A DNA stretch of 64,000 nucleotides, taken from contig OY762463.1 of assembly GCA_963665815.1 (NCBI GenBank), positions 2,240,001 to 2,304,000 of the forward strand. The letters are read 5' to 3'. Below are positions 1 to 9,966 of the stretch, in pieces. Position numbers and translations under genes: made by a program. The DNA is from Candidatus Cloacimonadales bacterium. Lineage in GTDB: Bacteria; Cloacimonadota; Cloacimonadia; Cloacimonadales; JAIOQZ01. The notes beneath the pieces were generated by a model. That model was not told the DNA's origin, searched no databases, and saw only the letters and a program-made list of their open reading frames with translations. Positions within the stretch are counted from its first letter, which is position 1, and each line of letters begins with the position of its first letter.

Positions 1-544
1 ATCTCTATCAGCAATTGAAAATCCTTCACATGTTATTGCGTTGCGAACTGATAAGTCTGATAGTGAAAAACTTCTGATGTACAGCAGTAAATCCGGAATT
101 GCTGCCGTTTATATGGTTGATCAGGGAAACAATCTTGTGAAGATTACTGATGAGTTTAACCTGCAAAAAGGATTTGATCAGCTTATTGCAACAAATACAA
201 ATGGTGACAAAATCTCAGAATTGATGCTCCTGAACAAGAAAAAGCAGTTTTACAAACTCGTGACCTTTAAAGAAAACAATGTAAATACTATTCTGGATAG
301 TGTTAAAGTATCAATAAAGTGGGATAACGTAATCAATGGTAATTTTGGTTCAGGAAGATCTCAAGGGGATTTCATTTTCAACAGTAAGTCTTCTGGTAAA
401 CAGCATATTTTTAAGCTGGATTTTAATGGACTCCTTGTTCCTTTCAAATATCCTACATGTAATTTAGGTGCAAAATGGGACATGATTGTTCCCGGAAAGT
501 TCTCTTACAATTACACAGATGGAATACTTTTATATAAAAACTGA
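1..544 (+). CDS. 5'-truncated protein with FG-GAP/VCBS-like repeats
   Basis: Frame is open from position 2 (SLSAIENPSHVIALR...), so the gene starts before the window. Repeats of the type W..I..G.F....D (WDNVINGNFGS, WDMIVPGKFS) and NTNGDKISELML. Confidence 0.5.
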   Translation, partial: SLSAIENPSHVIALRTDKSDSEKLLMYSSKSGIAAVYMVDQGNNLVKITDEFNLQKGFDQLIATNTNGDKISELMLLNKKKQFYKLVTFKENNVNTILDSVKVSIKWDNVINGNFGSGRSQGDFIFNSKSSGKQHIFKLDFNGLLVPFKYPTCNLGAKWDMIVPGKFSYNYTDGILLYKN

Positions 545-1771
545 TCAAGACATTATCAGAGGAATTGCATAAGGTGTAAGCTGTTCATGCAGCATATCTC
601 TGATTTTCTCTACCTGCTTATCATACAGCTTTTTTCTTTCACCTTTCAACTTAAGCGCTCCAACCATTTTCAATCTCTTAGGATTAATCCATCTACCACG
701 TTGTTTCAGTCCAAAATGAAGGTGTGGTCCGGTTGAATTACCTGTTGATCCTACAACACCGATCTTAGTTCCTTTTGTAACCCTTTGTCCTCTTCTTACA
801 TAAATTTTATTTAGATGCGCATATTGAGAAGTCATATTTGAATGCTGAATTCGTACTTCATTTCCATAACCTCCGTTTCTTCCTGCAGAGATTACTTTTC
901 CACTGGAAACAGCATATACGGGTGTTCCTCGAGAACCTCTGTAATCTATACCGTTATGATGAATTCTTCTTCCGTAAATTGGATGAAGTCTGTAACCAAA
1001 TGGAGACGTAACATGAAGACTGTTCAGAGGAGCTCTGACAGCATTCTGTAGTAGTGTTTTTCCCTCTGGTGTATACATCCCGTTATATGCAGACGATTCG
1101 TCACTGTCTATGAAACGAAAAGCTTCATGGAAATTAGTTCTCTTTCCTGAATAAGCAGTATAAATTACGCGAGATCTTGGTAGTTTAACTCCCTTGAAAT
1201 ATCTGTCTTCAATAAGAACATAAAAGAAATCTCCGTTTCTGGCGTCTGTCTGAAAACTGATTTCTGACTCAAGAGCATTATTTACTACCTGCTTAACTCC
1301 CTGCTCCAGTCCAAGGCTCAGAAGCGAGTTATTAAGATTGTTTTTCACTGTTCCGGTTAAAAATCTCATTCGCTTTTCAACAGGCAGAGTTTTTCTCTCA
1401 TATTTATATTGTTCACCATTAATATTCAGGATATGAGCTGTTATTACGTCCGGTTTATAGATTATTGCAAGCGAATCGTCTTTTTGAGCTGCCCTTACAA
1501 TAATTAAACTATCTCCGGGTTGAATTGTACTTACATCAACATATTGTCCAAGTTCGTAAGTGTATTTTGCCACCTGCATATTAGTCAGTTTTGATTTTAT
1601 CATCAGTTCGTACAGGCTTTGCCCAGGTTTGATTTCAAACGCATAAGCATCTGAGGTTGTTTTATTTTTTTTTATTTTTATTACTGAATCTACTGTTTTC
1701 TTTTCTTCTTTTTTGCATCCCAAGATTGAAATTAAAATAACTATCAGGCAGAACAGATTTTTTTTAAGCAT
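545..1771 (-). CDS. M23 family (LytM/MepM-like) peptidoglycan endopeptidase, lipoprotein
   Basis: Lipobox ILGC; SPFGYRLHPI, HNGIDY (HxxxD), YAHL and STGPHLHF (HxH) M23 motifs. Confidence 0.92.
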   Translation of the reverse strand: MLKKNLFCLIVILISILGCKKEEKKTVDSVIKIKKNKTTSDAYAFEIKPGQSLYELMIKSKLTNMQVAKYTYELGQYVDVSTIQPGDSLIIVRAAQKDDSLAIIYKPDVITAHILNINGEQYKYERKTLPVEKRMRFLTGTVKNNLNNSLLSLGLEQGVKQVVNNALESEISFQTDARNGDFFYVLIEDRYFKGVKLPRSRVIYTAYSGKRTNFHEAFRFIDSDESSAYNGMYTPEGKTLLQNAVRAPLNSLHVTSPFGYRLHPIYGRRIHHNGIDYRGSRGTPVYAVSSGKVISAGRNGGYGNEVRIQHSNMTSQYAHLNKIYVRRGQRVTKGTKIGVVGSTGNSTGPHLHFGLKQRGRWINPKRLKMVGALKLKGERKKLYDKQVEKIRDMLHEQLTPYAIPLIMS

Positions 1772-2049
1772 AATACTTCCTTGAATATAGTCAACTCACA
1801 ATTGAGTAATACAGACTAAAATTGCAAGCAAAATCTACAGGTTTTTGTTTCTTCACAGACCTTAGGGAGAAAATCCGAAAATCAATTTTGAGAATTTCCT
1901 TTAATCATTGAGCTGAATGAACCGAAAATCAATAATATGTTTCTTATTGTTATCATTGACGTTACATACAGCAAAAAGATGTAAAATTTATTCTGAAATA
2001 AATTGACGGTATTTCTTGTTAATATAGTTTATCATTGAGAGAGGTATAT

Positions 2050-5000
2050 ATGAAATTATTAAGCTTAAGTTTCTTTATGTGCCTGTTATGTATTGCTTTC
2101 AATATTGTGGCTGCAGAACAGGTATATGACTCTAAGATCAGTGATGATCTTAATGAAGCAATGTCTACCAACGATAGTTTTATTGATGTTAATATTCATC
2201 TAATCGGTTATCCTCAGGGCGAGTTACTGAAAATGGTGAAGGGAATGAAAAATTCTGAAAAGCGTCAATTTGTTCGTAATGAACTGACTGAGTTCAATCA
2301 AAACAGGCAGAAACAGGTAATCAGTATTCTCGAAAATAATCCGGATAAAGTAGATTCTTATAATACATACTGGATTGCCAATGTTGTTACAGCCCGAATT
2401 AAACCGGAACTGATTTCCAAGCTTTCGGATATTAACAATGTATTCATGCTTGATCATGATAAAAACAAGAAAATGCTGGTTGAACCGGCAACAAGAAACG
2501 GTGAAACACGTTTGAATACTGAACGTGATATTACTCAGAATGTGCTGGATGTTCAGGCAGACATGGTCTGGAATAACGGCTATTATGGAAACGGCATTAT
2601 TGTTGCTGTGCTTGATACAGGTGTAAATTACAATCATAATGATTTAGCAGGAAATATGTGGTCAGACACTCAATATCCGAATCATGGTTATGATTTTGCA
2701 TACGATGATAACGATCCAATGGATGGAGACGGTCACGGTACTCATTGTGCCGGAACTATTGCCGGTCAGGGTGCTTCAGGTACTCAGACTGGTATTGCTC
2801 CTCAGGCTACAATAATGGCATTGAAGGTTCTTGATGATAATGGCGGTGGACAAGAGTCCAGTGTATGGAATGCTGCTCAGTTTGCTATTGATCATGGTGC
2901 AAATGTATTAAGCATTTCTCTTGGCTGGTCACATTGGAACAATCCCGTATACTCAACTTGGAGATCTACTTTTGAAACTGTTCAGGCTGCCGGTATTGTT
3001 GCATTGGTTGCAGCCGGGAATGATGGTGGCTCACATTGGTTACAACCGCCAAGAAATGTAGGTACACCCGGAAATTGTCCTCCTCCATGGCTTCATCCGG
3101 ACCAGACCCTTACCGGGGGAACAACCGCTGTTGTAAGTATCGGAGCCTCAGATGGAACATCCGGTGTTGCCCAATTCTCCAGTAGAGGACCATGTATATG
3201 GAGTGATGTAAGTCCTTATAATGATTATCCATACAATCCTGAAATGGGACTCATCAGACCTGACGTATGTGCTCCGGGTGTTGGAATTACATCCCTGGAT
3301 TACAATGATACTTACGGATATGAACATGGTTGGGATGGTACATCTATGGCAACACCATGTACTGCCGGAATTGCAGCTCTTATGCTTTCAAAGAATCCTG
3401 ACTTGAGTCCTGCTGATATTAATCAGATTCTGGAAACAACAGCGACTCCATTAGTTCAGGGGAAAAATAATGACTCAGGATCAGGAATTGTAAATGCATA
3501 TCAGGCAGTTCAAGCAGTATCTCTTCCGAATACACCTCCGGGACAGGCTATAAATCCTGTTCCTGCTGATGCAGCAATTAACATTGGAACATCACCTGAA
3601 TTGCGCTGGGAAAGACCCTCAGGTGCAAGAAACTATAAATTCTATTTTGGAACAGATCTACCTCCAACAAATATTGTATACGCTGACAGTTTAAACACTA
3701 CACATTTCAGCCTTGATTCTCTTCTTTCATATAATACAACTTATTACTGGAGAGTTGATGCTGTTAACAGTTTTGCAGAAACACAAGGAAATACATGGAG
3801 TTTTACAACAGGTTCAGAACCGGATATAGATTTTGAGGAAGGTCATTTTGTTGATTACCAATGGTTTAATCAAACTCTTTATCTTTGGAACTTCAATCAG
3901 CAACAGGCTTATAGTGGTAATTATAGCTTAAAATCCGGTGGAGTTCCAGATAATCAAGCTTCAGAGCTTCTGCTTACTCTCAATGTTCTGGAAGATGGTT
4001 ATATCTCATTCTATCGAAAAGTCTCCTGTCAGGATTCTGATAATGACTATGCTGACTTCCTTTCATTCACTATTGATGATACAGAGCTGGATAGATGGGA
4101 TGGCGAAGAGAACTGGGATATTGCAACATATCCTGTGACAGCTGGTCAACATTCATTCAGCTGGAAATATCAAAAAAACGGAACAACTGTTTCAGGTTCT
4201 GATTGTGCCTGGATTGACTATATAATATTACCGCCGCATGCAAGAAAGCTGAAGAATGTAAATTATTCTTTAGAAAATGTTAACGAATTATCGGTTAACT
4301 GGGAGAGTCCTTATACATCAAACGGATCATATCTTGGTTGTCGCATTTTCAAGAATAACGAAGACTATGCTTTTGTGGATTATAATTCTCCATCTTCATT
4401 TGTGGACACAGGACTTGAACTTGGTGACACAGAATATAAGCTTCGTGCTGAATATCAGAATAATATATTCAGAGATATTGAGTTCACTATCAATGTAGCT
4501 TTTGAAGATCCATATAATCTTACAGGAACAAATACCGAACATAATGACTACGAGTTTACATGGAGCTACAATTTCCCATCAGACAGAATTTTCTCACAGT
4601 TTGAACTATTCATGGATGATGAACTGATAGGTACAACAACGGATACATCATTTGTAATAAATGACCTAACCGCCGGAGAACATATATTCAAAGTAAGAGC
4701 TGACTATGATGGAGCATACAGCAATTTCTCTCCTGAATATACTCTTTTAATAATCAGTAATGATGATGCAGATGTCCCGGAATTACTTCCAACAGGTATT
4801 AACAGCATTTATCCATCACCATTCAATCCGGAAACAACGGTTTCATTCAGTCTTGAAAAAGAATCAAATTCTGAAGTCTCTGTATATAACATTAAAGGGG
4901 AGAGAGTAACAGTACTGTCCAAAGGTGTTATTAATGCAGGAAATCACAGTGTTAAATGGACAGGAAACAATGATGCAGGTAAATCAGTATCATCCGGTGT

Positions 5001-5064
5001 TTATTTCTTTGTCCTTAAAACAAACAATTCTCAGGATGTTAAAAAAGCTATCCTGCTGAAATAG
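2050..5064 (+). CDS. Secreted S8 subtilisin-like serine protease with C-terminal sorting (T9SS-type/FlgD-Ig) domain
   Basis: RBS GAGG before ATG 2050; signal peptide; catalytic motifs VLDTG, HGTHCAG, AAGN, GTSMATP; CTD YPSPFNPETT...SGVYF...KKAILLK. Confidence 0.93.
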   Translation: MKLLSLSFFMCLLCIAFNIVAAEQVYDSKISDDLNEAMSTNDSFIDVNIHLIGYPQGELLKMVKGMKNSEKRQFVRNELTEFNQNRQKQVISILENNPDKVDSYNTYWIANVVTARIKPELISKLSDINNVFMLDHDKNKKMLVEPATRNGETRLNTERDITQNVLDVQADMVWNNGYYGNGIIVAVLDTGVNYNHNDLAGNMWSDTQYPNHGYDFAYDDNDPMDGDGHGTHCAGTIAGQGASGTQTGIAPQATIMALKVLDDNGGGQESSVWNAAQFAIDHGANVLSISLGWSHWNNPVYSTWRSTFETVQAAGIVALVAAGNDGGSHWLQPPRNVGTPGNCPPPWLHPDQTLTGGTTAVVSIGASDGTSGVAQFSSRGPCIWSDVSPYNDYPYNPEMGLIRPDVCAPGVGITSLDYNDTYGYEHGWDGTSMATPCTAGIAALMLSKNPDLSPADINQILETTATPLVQGKNNDSGSGIVNAYQAVQAVSLPNTPPGQAINPVPADAAINIGTSPELRWERPSGARNYKFYFGTDLPPTNIVYADSLNTTHFSLDSLLSYNTTYYWRVDAVNSFAETQGNTWSFTTGSEPDIDFEEGHFVDYQWFNQTLYLWNFNQQQAYSGNYSLKSGGVPDNQASELLLTLNVLEDGYISFYRKVSCQDSDNDYADFLSFTIDDTELDRWDGEENWDIATYPVTAGQHSFSWKYQKNGTTVSGSDCAWIDYIILPPHARKLKNVNYSLENVNELSVNWESPYTSNGSYLGCRIFKNNEDYAFVDYNSPSSFVDTGLELGDTEYKLRAEYQNNIFRDIEFTINVAFEDPYNLTGTNTEHNDYEFTWSYNFPSDRIFSQFELFMDDELIGTTTDTSFVINDLTAGEHIFKVRADYDGAYSNFSPEYTLLIISNDDADVPELLPTGINSIYPSPFNPETTVSFSLEKESNSEVSVYNIKGERVTVLSKGVINAGNHSVKWTGNNDAGKSVSSGVYFFVLKTNNSQDVKKAILLK

Positions 5065-5084
5065 ATATCACATTTGAAAAAGAT

Positions 5085-5114
5085 AAGCCTGCGGATAAAC
5101 TCTGCAGGCTTTTT
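5085..5114. terminator. Rho-independent terminator between convergent genes
   Basis: AAGCCTGCGGA-TAAAC-TCTGCAGGCTT stem-loop followed by a T tract. Confidence 0.8.
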
Positions 5115-5134
5115 ATAATTATGCTAAGCTCTTT

Positions 5135-5926
5135 TTACTTTTTCAGTTCTTTTCGTTCTATCTCAATCCCTTTTTCTTTCAGATATGCAATCAGTTTCTC
5201 AATCTCGAGCCTTTCCTGATCTTCTTTGGGCCAGGTAAGCCATCTTGCTACATAATCCTGAATATACTCATCTCCGTTCCATGAAGTATTCAAAGGTAAA
5301 GTTAAATCTACTCCAAGAGAATCAACAAGATAGTAAATAACATCAATTCTTGCGTATGATGCTGCAGCACCGAGAGTAGACTGATTAATCTCTGTGACAG
5401 GTTTTGCTCCATATTTTACAAGAAGCTTAACTGCCTCTAAATCCATTCCGGCTGCTTCTGTTATGGGATGTTTCGGTTTTGTATCTGCTCTGGACATTCT
5501 TTTAAATAAGAATTTTGGTTGGTTTGGATCTGCTCCATAGTCAAGTAGCAACTTCGTAAACTCAAAATTGGTTCTCCATTCAAATTGACTACCATGATAT
5601 TTCAATGAAGAATGCAGTACAACTTTCGAACTGTCTTCATTTACATAGTTTGGATTTGCTCCAAGCTCAAGCAGTTTTTTGAATGCCTCGAGTTTTTCAA
5701 GATCAATGCATAGCTGAAGAAGGTTTGTTTCATAATTAGAAATTGCATGAATTGATTTTGGATTTTTCTTAACGAGTTTATCTATCTTCACAACATCATT
5801 TTTTTCACAGGCTTTTGCTATCCTGAACCCATTTGTGTCCTCGAAAGCTTTCACATGCCTGTGCTCTGCTGATAAACTCATAAGTAATGTCAGCACAGTA
5901 ATGAGAAATATTGTTCTTTTTATCAT
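5135..5926 (-). CDS. Secreted ankyrin-repeat protein
   Basis: Signal peptide; ankyrin-type segments KKLLELGANPN, KLLLDYGADPN, KLLVKYGA. Confidence 0.85.
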   Translation of the reverse strand: MIKRTIFLITVLTLLMSLSAEHRHVKAFEDTNGFRIAKACEKNDVVKIDKLVKKNPKSIHAISNYETNLLQLCIDLEKLEAFKKLLELGANPNYVNEDSSKVVLHSSLKYHGSQFEWRTNFEFTKLLLDYGADPNQPKFLFKRMSRADTKPKHPITEAAGMDLEAVKLLVKYGAKPVTEINQSTLGAAASYARIDVIYYLVDSLGVDLTLPLNTSWNGDEYIQDYVARWLTWPKEDQERLEIEKLIAYLKEKGIEIERKELKK

Positions 5927-6157
5927 AATGACTCCTTAACAAAAAGTAAGATAAATATCAAAATCAGTCAATTTAATGCTTTAACAAAATTCATATCCTC
6001 ATCCACATATTTACTTAAATCTTAATAGCTGATCAAATGCATGTGATCTATTGATTCAATGCACATCTAATAAGTAAAAATTTTCCTGCCCTAGTAATAA
6101 ATTCCCTCCGGTTGGTCAAAAATATCTCTAAAACAGTATACATTTAGTAAAATCTAT

Positions 6158-6173
6158 TGGCACAGACTATGCA
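6158..6173 (+). promoter_or_regulatory. Putative sigma-54 (-24/-12) promoter
   Basis: TGGCAC-AGACT-ATGCA: exact GG-N10-GC spacing, one mismatch to TGGCAC-N5-TTGCA, 46 nt upstream of ATG 6220. Confidence 0.55.
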
Positions 6174-6219
6174 TTAATACTGCTGAGTGTTTGTTTATTA
6201 TGAGAGAAACGGAGGATCG

Positions 6220-6627
6220 ATGAGATACTATCGTGTGACAGGAATAAGTCAGAATGAAGATATGCAGGTTTATTGTCTTGATTTTGAAGACTTCCAAAGA
6301 AACTATCCTGAGTTCTATCAGGGTAAATTATCGTTTGCTTTTTTAAAAGATTTTGTATTAGTTTTGAGAATGGATCTTGCTCTTATGTTGACAGAAAAAT
6401 ATGAAGAACTTCATATTGTTGACGATTTTGGCAATATAATTGATTATGAAGATGATCTGGATCATCAGCATGAAAACTCAGCCCTGAGACTGGCATACTT
6501 GTACCAGCAGGCAGCAGATTTCGATGTTGATGTCGATGGTCTGTCTGAGCTCGAAATTAAATTCGCAATCAGGGAAAAGAAAAACGAAAAGAAAATGCTG
6601 CAGAAGATTCTGCAGGAAGTATCTTAG
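6220..6627 (+). CDS. Acidic hypothetical protein (135 aa)
   Basis: GGAGG RBS at 6211-6215 before ATG 6220; no recognised motif. Confidence 0.7.
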   Translation: MRYYRVTGISQNEDMQVYCLDFEDFQRNYPEFYQGKLSFAFLKDFVLVLRMDLALMLTEKYEELHIVDDFGNIIDYEDDLDHQHENSALRLAYLYQQAADFDVDVDGLSELEIKFAIREKKNEKKMLQKILQEVS

Positions 6628-7518
6628 GATAAACATACGAAGAAAAGCACAATACTGGCTTTAACAGCCACATTATTCTGGTCAACGGCAGCTACAGCAT
6701 TTAAGACAGGATTGAAGTACATTGGTTTTATTGAATTACTTCTATTCTCGGTGCTTACATCTGCCTTTTTTTTATTTGTCTACTCACTTGTAAAAGGTGA
6801 CTTGATTTCATCATTTAAAATATCTGTAAAAGATTATCTCTCTTCAGCAATTATGGGGTTCTTGAATCCTTTTTTTTATTATTTTATTCTTTTCAAAGCT
6901 TACGCACTTCTTCCTGCACAAGTAGCCCAATCACTTAACTATTCATGGGCGATTGTCCTGACAATCTTCTCTGCAATACTACTGAAAAAGAAAATTACAC
7001 TAAAAGATCTTACAGGTATGTTGATAAGTTTTTGCGGTTTTCTTCTTGTTGTGGGTATTTTTGGTAAGTCTGAAGAAGAATACCTCAGCACATTCGGTAT
7101 CTTACTAGCTATTGGAAGTTCTATTTTCTGGGCTTTGTTCTGGATTTTAAATCTCAAAGATAAAAGAGAAGCACATTTGAAGCTGCTGCATTCATTCCTG
7201 TTTGGTTGTATATATTTATTTATTTTCATTTTAGTTTCAGGAATAAAACCTAATGTTTCCGCAGCGGGGATCATGTCCTCTCTTTATATTGGTATATTTG
7301 AAATGAGTCTTACTTTTTTAATTTGGTTGAAAGCGTTGGAATGCTCCGAATCAACAGCCAAAACCGCAAATATCGTTTTTCTGTCTCCATTTGTATCTCT
7401 GCTTCTGATCAATGTAATACTGAAGGAAGCAATTATGTGGAATACCATAGCCGGACTAACACTGATTATAGCCGGAATTGTTTTTCAAAGAATCAGAAAA
7501 CCGATTAAGAAGAAATAA
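6628..7518 (+). CDS. DMT/EamA family transporter (start uncertain)
   Basis: About 10 hydrophobic helices; QSLNYSWAI and FLSPFVSLLL EamA-like motifs. The first helix (KKSTILALTATLFWSTAATAFK) lies upstream of the track's TTG 6712, directly after the in-frame TAG of the previous gene. Confidence 0.8.
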   Translation, partial: DKHTKKSTILALTATLFWSTAATAFKTGLKYIGFIELLLFSVLTSAFFLFVYSLVKGDLISSFKISVKDYLSSAIMGFLNPFFYYFILFKAYALLPAQVAQSLNYSWAIVLTIFSAILLKKKITLKDLTGMLISFCGFLLVVGIFGKSEEEYLSTFGILLAIGSSIFWALFWILNLKDKREAHLKLLHSFLFGCIYLFIFILVSGIKPNVSAAGIMSSLYIGIFEMSLTFLIWLKALECSESTAKTANIVFLSPFVSLLLINVILKEAIMWNTIAGLTLIIAGIVFQRIRKPIKKK

Positions 7519-7638
7519 CAACTAATACTACATCTTTATTTAATGAAATTTGCTGAAGGTTTCATATCATTCAAAAAAAATATAGACACATTAATTCAAC
7601 TTACTCAGATATATCCTAAACAGTTGAAAGGATTTTTA

Positions 7639-8352
7639 ATGCGTAAATTTATTGTACTTGTACTGATTTTTGGTCTATTCGCGTGTCAGAAAGTGAATAA
7701 AAAGCAGACTTTAGTTGTTGCTGTTGATCTTAACAATCCACCTTTTGAATATGAGAACAGAGAGGGATTTCCTTCCGGAAAAACAATTGATTATGCTGAA
7801 AAGCTTGCAGATTACCTGCATTATGAGTTGAAACTTGTATCTTGTGATAGAGATCAACTGACACAAAAACTTAAATCAGGTAAAGCAGATATTGTACTGT
7901 CTTCCTACGCAATAAGTGATGACAGGAAAAATGATGTACTGTTTTCTAATCCATATTATGAAGCAACTCCTGCGATCCTCATCAGTAAGGAATCAAATTT
8001 TGCATCTTTTAGTGAAGTTGTCGAAGGAGAGATCAGTATGGCTGTAAGGTCCGGTTCCTGGGAAGCAAAGCTGATGCATGAGTATTTTAATAGATACAAT
8101 CTCATCATTTGTGATGGACTGTATGAATGTGCCGAGGCAGTCATCAAAGGCAAAGCTGATGCTATGCTGAGCAACAGGAAATCAATAGAAGAGTGTGCAT
8201 ACAGGTATGAAAATTATACTGAAATTATGAAAGATACATTTCCTGAAGTTGTAGTAAAATGGGGTGTAGCTGTGAAATATGACCAACCTGAATTACTTGA
8301 GAAAATCAATACCTTCATTAAGAAGAATCCATTTGAAATTGAGGGTCCGTGA
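7639..8352 (+). CDS. Amino-acid-type substrate-binding lipoprotein (SBP family 3)
   Basis: Lipobox LFAC; NPPFEY, LKSGKADIV, FSNPYY motifs; ATG 7639 follows AAGGA. Confidence 0.85.
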   Translation: MRKFIVLVLIFGLFACQKVNKKQTLVVAVDLNNPPFEYENREGFPSGKTIDYAEKLADYLHYELKLVSCDRDQLTQKLKSGKADIVLSSYAISDDRKNDVLFSNPYYEATPAILISKESNFASFSEVVEGEISMAVRSGSWEAKLMHEYFNRYNLIICDGLYECAEAVIKGKADAMLSNRKSIEECAYRYENYTEIMKDTFPEVVVKWGVAVKYDQPELLEKINTFIKKNPFEIEGP

Positions 8353-8659
8353 AGAAGTAAGTTTATCGTTTTTCAGCCATGTTACTAAATTTTTGAACCA
8401 TGATACTCTGTTATCAGAATCTACCTAAACTTCAAAGCAAAAAAATCACGGGACTGTCTTGTTGATTTTTTTAACCTCATCTATATTTTTTAAGTTTATC
8501 TCGATACATAAGCTGTTGCATTTTGGAGTTTTGCTTCACTCTTACAAGTGTTTATTTGAAGGAAAAAGCATTTCACTAATTATATATTTTTCTTGACTTC
8601 TCATCTCTTTTATTTGCCTATATGTAAAATTGACACTATCATGATAGATTGGAGGAAAA

Positions 8660-9937
8660 ATGGCTGACTATACTCAAATGTGGAAGGATCTGAATATTAA
8701 TCTGGAAGCACACGATCAACTAATGAATGTATTATCTCAAGGTTACAATCAATTATTTTTATCTCAGAAGGATAGACCTGATGCAATGCAGTATTTCGAC
8801 TTCGTTGTATCAGAAATTCATGGATTGAGAATACAAGAGCTGGTAAAGGCAAAGGAAGAAGGAAGAAAAGTAATAGGTTCATTTTGTGTTTATGTTCCTG
8901 AAGAACTTGTACTTGCATTCGATGCAATTTCAGTAGGTCTTTGTACCGGAGCTGAGTTAGCATCGGAAATGGCCGAACAATATTTACCAAGAAATACCTG
9001 TGCTCTAATTAAATCTGCATTTGGATTCAAATTGGCTCAAGTATGTCCTTATATGGAAGTATCCGACATGATTGTTGGTGAAAATACTTGTGATGGTAAA
9101 AAGAAGTCATATGAACAATTCAGTAAAATTGTAAAAAACTTGTATGTAATGGATCTTCCTCAAATCAAAGGAGAATCTGGAAGAGCTTATCTCAAAAGTG
9201 AATATGAAAGATTTATTAATGCTTTGGAAGAATTGACAGGCAAGAAATTAGAAATTAAAAAACTGAAGAACAGTATTAATATCGTGAACAAAAAGAGAAA
9301 AGCAGTTACCAGGCTTGCTGAATTGAGATCATCATCTCCTGTTCCAATTTCAGGACTTGATGCACTTTTGATTAATCAAATCTATTTTAATGATGATCCT
9401 GTAAGATTTACTGCTAAAGTTAATGAGCTTTGCGATGAACTCGAGAAGAGAAATAAAGATAAAAATGGTGTCTCAGCTATAAATGCAACAAGATTACTTG
9501 TCAGTGGTTGTCCTATGGCAGTACCAAACTGGAAGATTCCTGCGTTAGTCGAAAAAACTGGAGCAGTAATTGTAGGAGAAGAATTGTGCACAGGAGAACG
9601 CGGATTCTCCGGAAAAACTAATAACTCAACGGATTCTGTAGATGCTTTGCTGGATGCAATTGTAGACAGATATTTCAATATTCACTGTGCTGTTTTCACT
9701 CCAAATTCTGAAAGACTGGAAATGATTAAAAAGATATATAAGCGCTCAAATGCTGAAGGTGTTATTCTTTATAATTTACAGTTCTGTCAACCTTACCAGA
9801 TAGAAGATGGAATGTTTGAGAACAAACTGGAAGAAGCTGGAATTCCTGTGTTAACTATTGATACAGACTACTCACAGGAAGATATGGGACAATTATCCAC
9901 AAGGATTGAAGCATTTATAGAACGTATCAGGAACTAG
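8660..9937 (+). CDS. Double-cubane-cluster protein (DCCP)-like anaerobic reductase, 2-hydroxyacyl-CoA dehydratase (HgdB/FldB) superfamily
   Basis: Conserved Cys pattern FCVYVPEE, GLC, RNTCALIKS, CPY, ENTCDGKKK, EELCTG, HCAVF, QFCQPY; C-terminal TDYS...QLSTRIEAFIE. Confidence 0.85.
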   Translation: MADYTQMWKDLNINLEAHDQLMNVLSQGYNQLFLSQKDRPDAMQYFDFVVSEIHGLRIQELVKAKEEGRKVIGSFCVYVPEELVLAFDAISVGLCTGAELASEMAEQYLPRNTCALIKSAFGFKLAQVCPYMEVSDMIVGENTCDGKKKSYEQFSKIVKNLYVMDLPQIKGESGRAYLKSEYERFINALEELTGKKLEIKKLKNSINIVNKKRKAVTRLAELRSSSPVPISGLDALLINQIYFNDDPVRFTAKVNELCDELEKRNKDKNGVSAINATRLLVSGCPMAVPNWKIPALVEKTGAVIVGEELCTGERGFSGKTNNSTDSVDALLDAIVDRYFNIHCAVFTPNSERLEMIKKIYKRSNAEGVILYNLQFCQPYQIEDGMFENKLEEAGIPVLTIDTDYSQEDMGQLSTRIEAFIERIRN

Positions 9938-9966
9938 TAGTTTCGAAACACAATAAAGGAATATAT

